From the NCBI GenBank assembly GCA_030167865.1, contig JALAGF010005467.1, forward strand, positions 1 through 64,000: a stretch of 64,000 nucleotides of DNA. The letters run 5' to 3'. The notes beneath the pieces were generated by a model. That model did no database searches. It was not told the origin of the DNA and saw only the letters and a list, made by a program, of their open reading frames with translations. This document shows, piece after piece, positions 62,280 to 64,000 of this stretch (within the stretch, counting starts at the first letter, position 1; every line of letters begins with the position of its first letter). The stretch comes from Craspedostauros australis. Its lineage: Eukaryota. The translations under genes and the position numbers were made by a program.

Positions 62280-62865
62280 AGTACTTGTACTCTCGAGTGG
62301 AATGCTCATACATACATAGCGGCGCCTTCCTTTCTCTCCGCTCAAACATGATCCGAGTGTGCTGCTGCAAATCTTGTATTAATCAATTTATTGAAATCGA
62401 GTATATACTCGTGGAGCGGTAGAATAACTGTCGATTCTGCTCGTTGAAATCGTTCTGCATCCACACTGTTGCAGAGTTAGTGAGACTTTGTTCTCGCTTG
62501 TTGTTTTTTCCGTTCTGTCTGTGTCGCAGAAAGTCGGCCACAGATGTAGCTCGCCCCCCATACTTGTAAATGTATAACTCGTACGTCGGTATGAGTGCTG
62601 TATTGTATTGCGTTGTATTGCGTTTCTCTGTGGTGCTTGTATCAGTCTGCCTGTCATGTGATTGTAAATATGGTATGGTATGGCATGGTGCTGTTTGGCA
62701 TTTTGTGTTTGCATATCATGGATATCATGAATGAATGGATTGGATGGACGAATGATGAATGGGATTGGTCGTCAATGACACTTCACCCTTGTGTGCGTGC
62801 ACGTGCGCTTGTCCATCACTCCTCGTCGCCAGTGTTGCTGGCTATTGCAGCGTGCTTTGCGACGC

Positions 62866-64000
62866 TTATGCCTTCTGCTTCTTGCTCGGTGGCTCCTCCG
62901 TGACCTTTGTGTCGGCCTCGAACTCTGCGTCGTAGGCGGAGTCGTGGACGCCAGCGGCACGTCCACTGGGGTCGGCACGCGAGGCGAAGCTCTTGTCCCA
63001 GTTCATGGCACGCTCGGTGGAGCAGGCGATGGTCTTTCCACCTGGCACGGTCTTTTCGGCGGCGTCGCCTGGGAAGAGATCCTCGAAGATCATGCGGTAG
63101 CGGTAACCTTCCTTGGTGGTTGGGGTGTTGTGTGGGAATCTGTTCTGGGCGCTGGCGAACATCTGATCGGAGATCTCCTTCTCGGCGATGTCTCTCAAAT
63201 GGTCAACCCATCCGTATCCGACACCTGTTCATTGCATTTGCATTGCATCGTTGTGCATGATGTTGGATCAAATAGAGCAAAAAAAGAGGCAGGAGAGTGA
63301 TAACGAAATGTGTGAGATGTTTTTTTCATTCTGTGCGCGCTTGTGCACAATTACAATGACGACACATCAAACAACCGCAACGACGACGGTCCAGATAAAA
63401 TCCTCGCCAATGCAGCAATGCGAAACGCAAATGCGGTGACAACGTACCGTCACTGAACTGTTCCTTCTGTCTCCACAAGATATCGTTTGGAAGGTATGGA
63501 TCGTCTGGGGTGTCGAATGCCTTACGGACGGCCCACTTCTCGATCTTGGTGTCCTCCTTGGAGATGGTTGGTCCCTTGTGGATCATCTTCTCGTCTGGGT
63601 CGAGGTTCATGGCCACCTGGAGGAAGTCGGCATCGAGGAATGGAACACGTGGTTCGACACCCCAGGCGCTCATTGCCTTGTTGCAGCGCAAGCAATCGTA
63701 CATGTGAAGACGGCTGAGCTTGTCGACGGTCTCGTCGAAGAGCTCCTGACCGTTGGGGGCCTTGTGGAAGTAGAGGTATCCTCCGAAGATCTCGTCGGCA
63801 CCTTCTCCGCTGAGAACCATCTTGATTCCCATGGCCTTGATCTTACGGGCCATGAGATACATGGGCGTGGAGGCACGGATGGTGGTGAGATCGTAGGTCT
63901 CGACGGAGCGGATGACATCGCGGATGGCGTCGGCACCTTCCTCAAGGGTGTAGGTGTAGGCGTGGTGGATGGTTCCGAGCTTGTCGGCGACGCGCTTGGC
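62866..64000 (-). CDS. ASNS: Glutamine-hydrolysing asparagine synthetase, 3' part (5' end outside the window)
   Basis: [51 protein letters not shown] (intron 63447-63225), DPSGRA. Confidence 0.96.

Overview
Eukaryotic nuclear DNA, most likely from a diatom (inference: GT-AG introns, bipartite plastid presequences such as 'SAFAP', and the gene set). Most of the window is compact housekeeping sequence: a metallophosphoesterase, an RNASEK-like membrane protein, sterol 7-reductase, a coiled-coil/MORN protein, PRMT5, an HtrL-like protein, cryptochrome DASH, two tandem Gfo/Idh/MocA oxidoreductases, La protein, a thioredoxin-fold protein, a divergent FANCD2-like gene, several plastid-targeted proteins, TSR3 and a partial asparagine synthetase. 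The outstanding region is about 8.0-21.4 kb. It holds three direct-orientation copies of a 2.3-2.7 kb unit, each with an intronless RNI-like leucine-rich-repeat gene. Differences between the copies concentrate on the predicted exposed beta-strand residues, often at codon positions 1-2, the pattern seen in diversifying recognition receptors. The copies are separated by decayed copies of two unrelated genes, and copy 3 is bracketed by a 27-bp direct repeat. No transposase, RNA gene or CRISPR array was recognised. A 20-bp hairpin minisatellite spans an assembly gap at about 50.0-50.3 kb. All family calls come from motif recognition by eye; no database searches were run.
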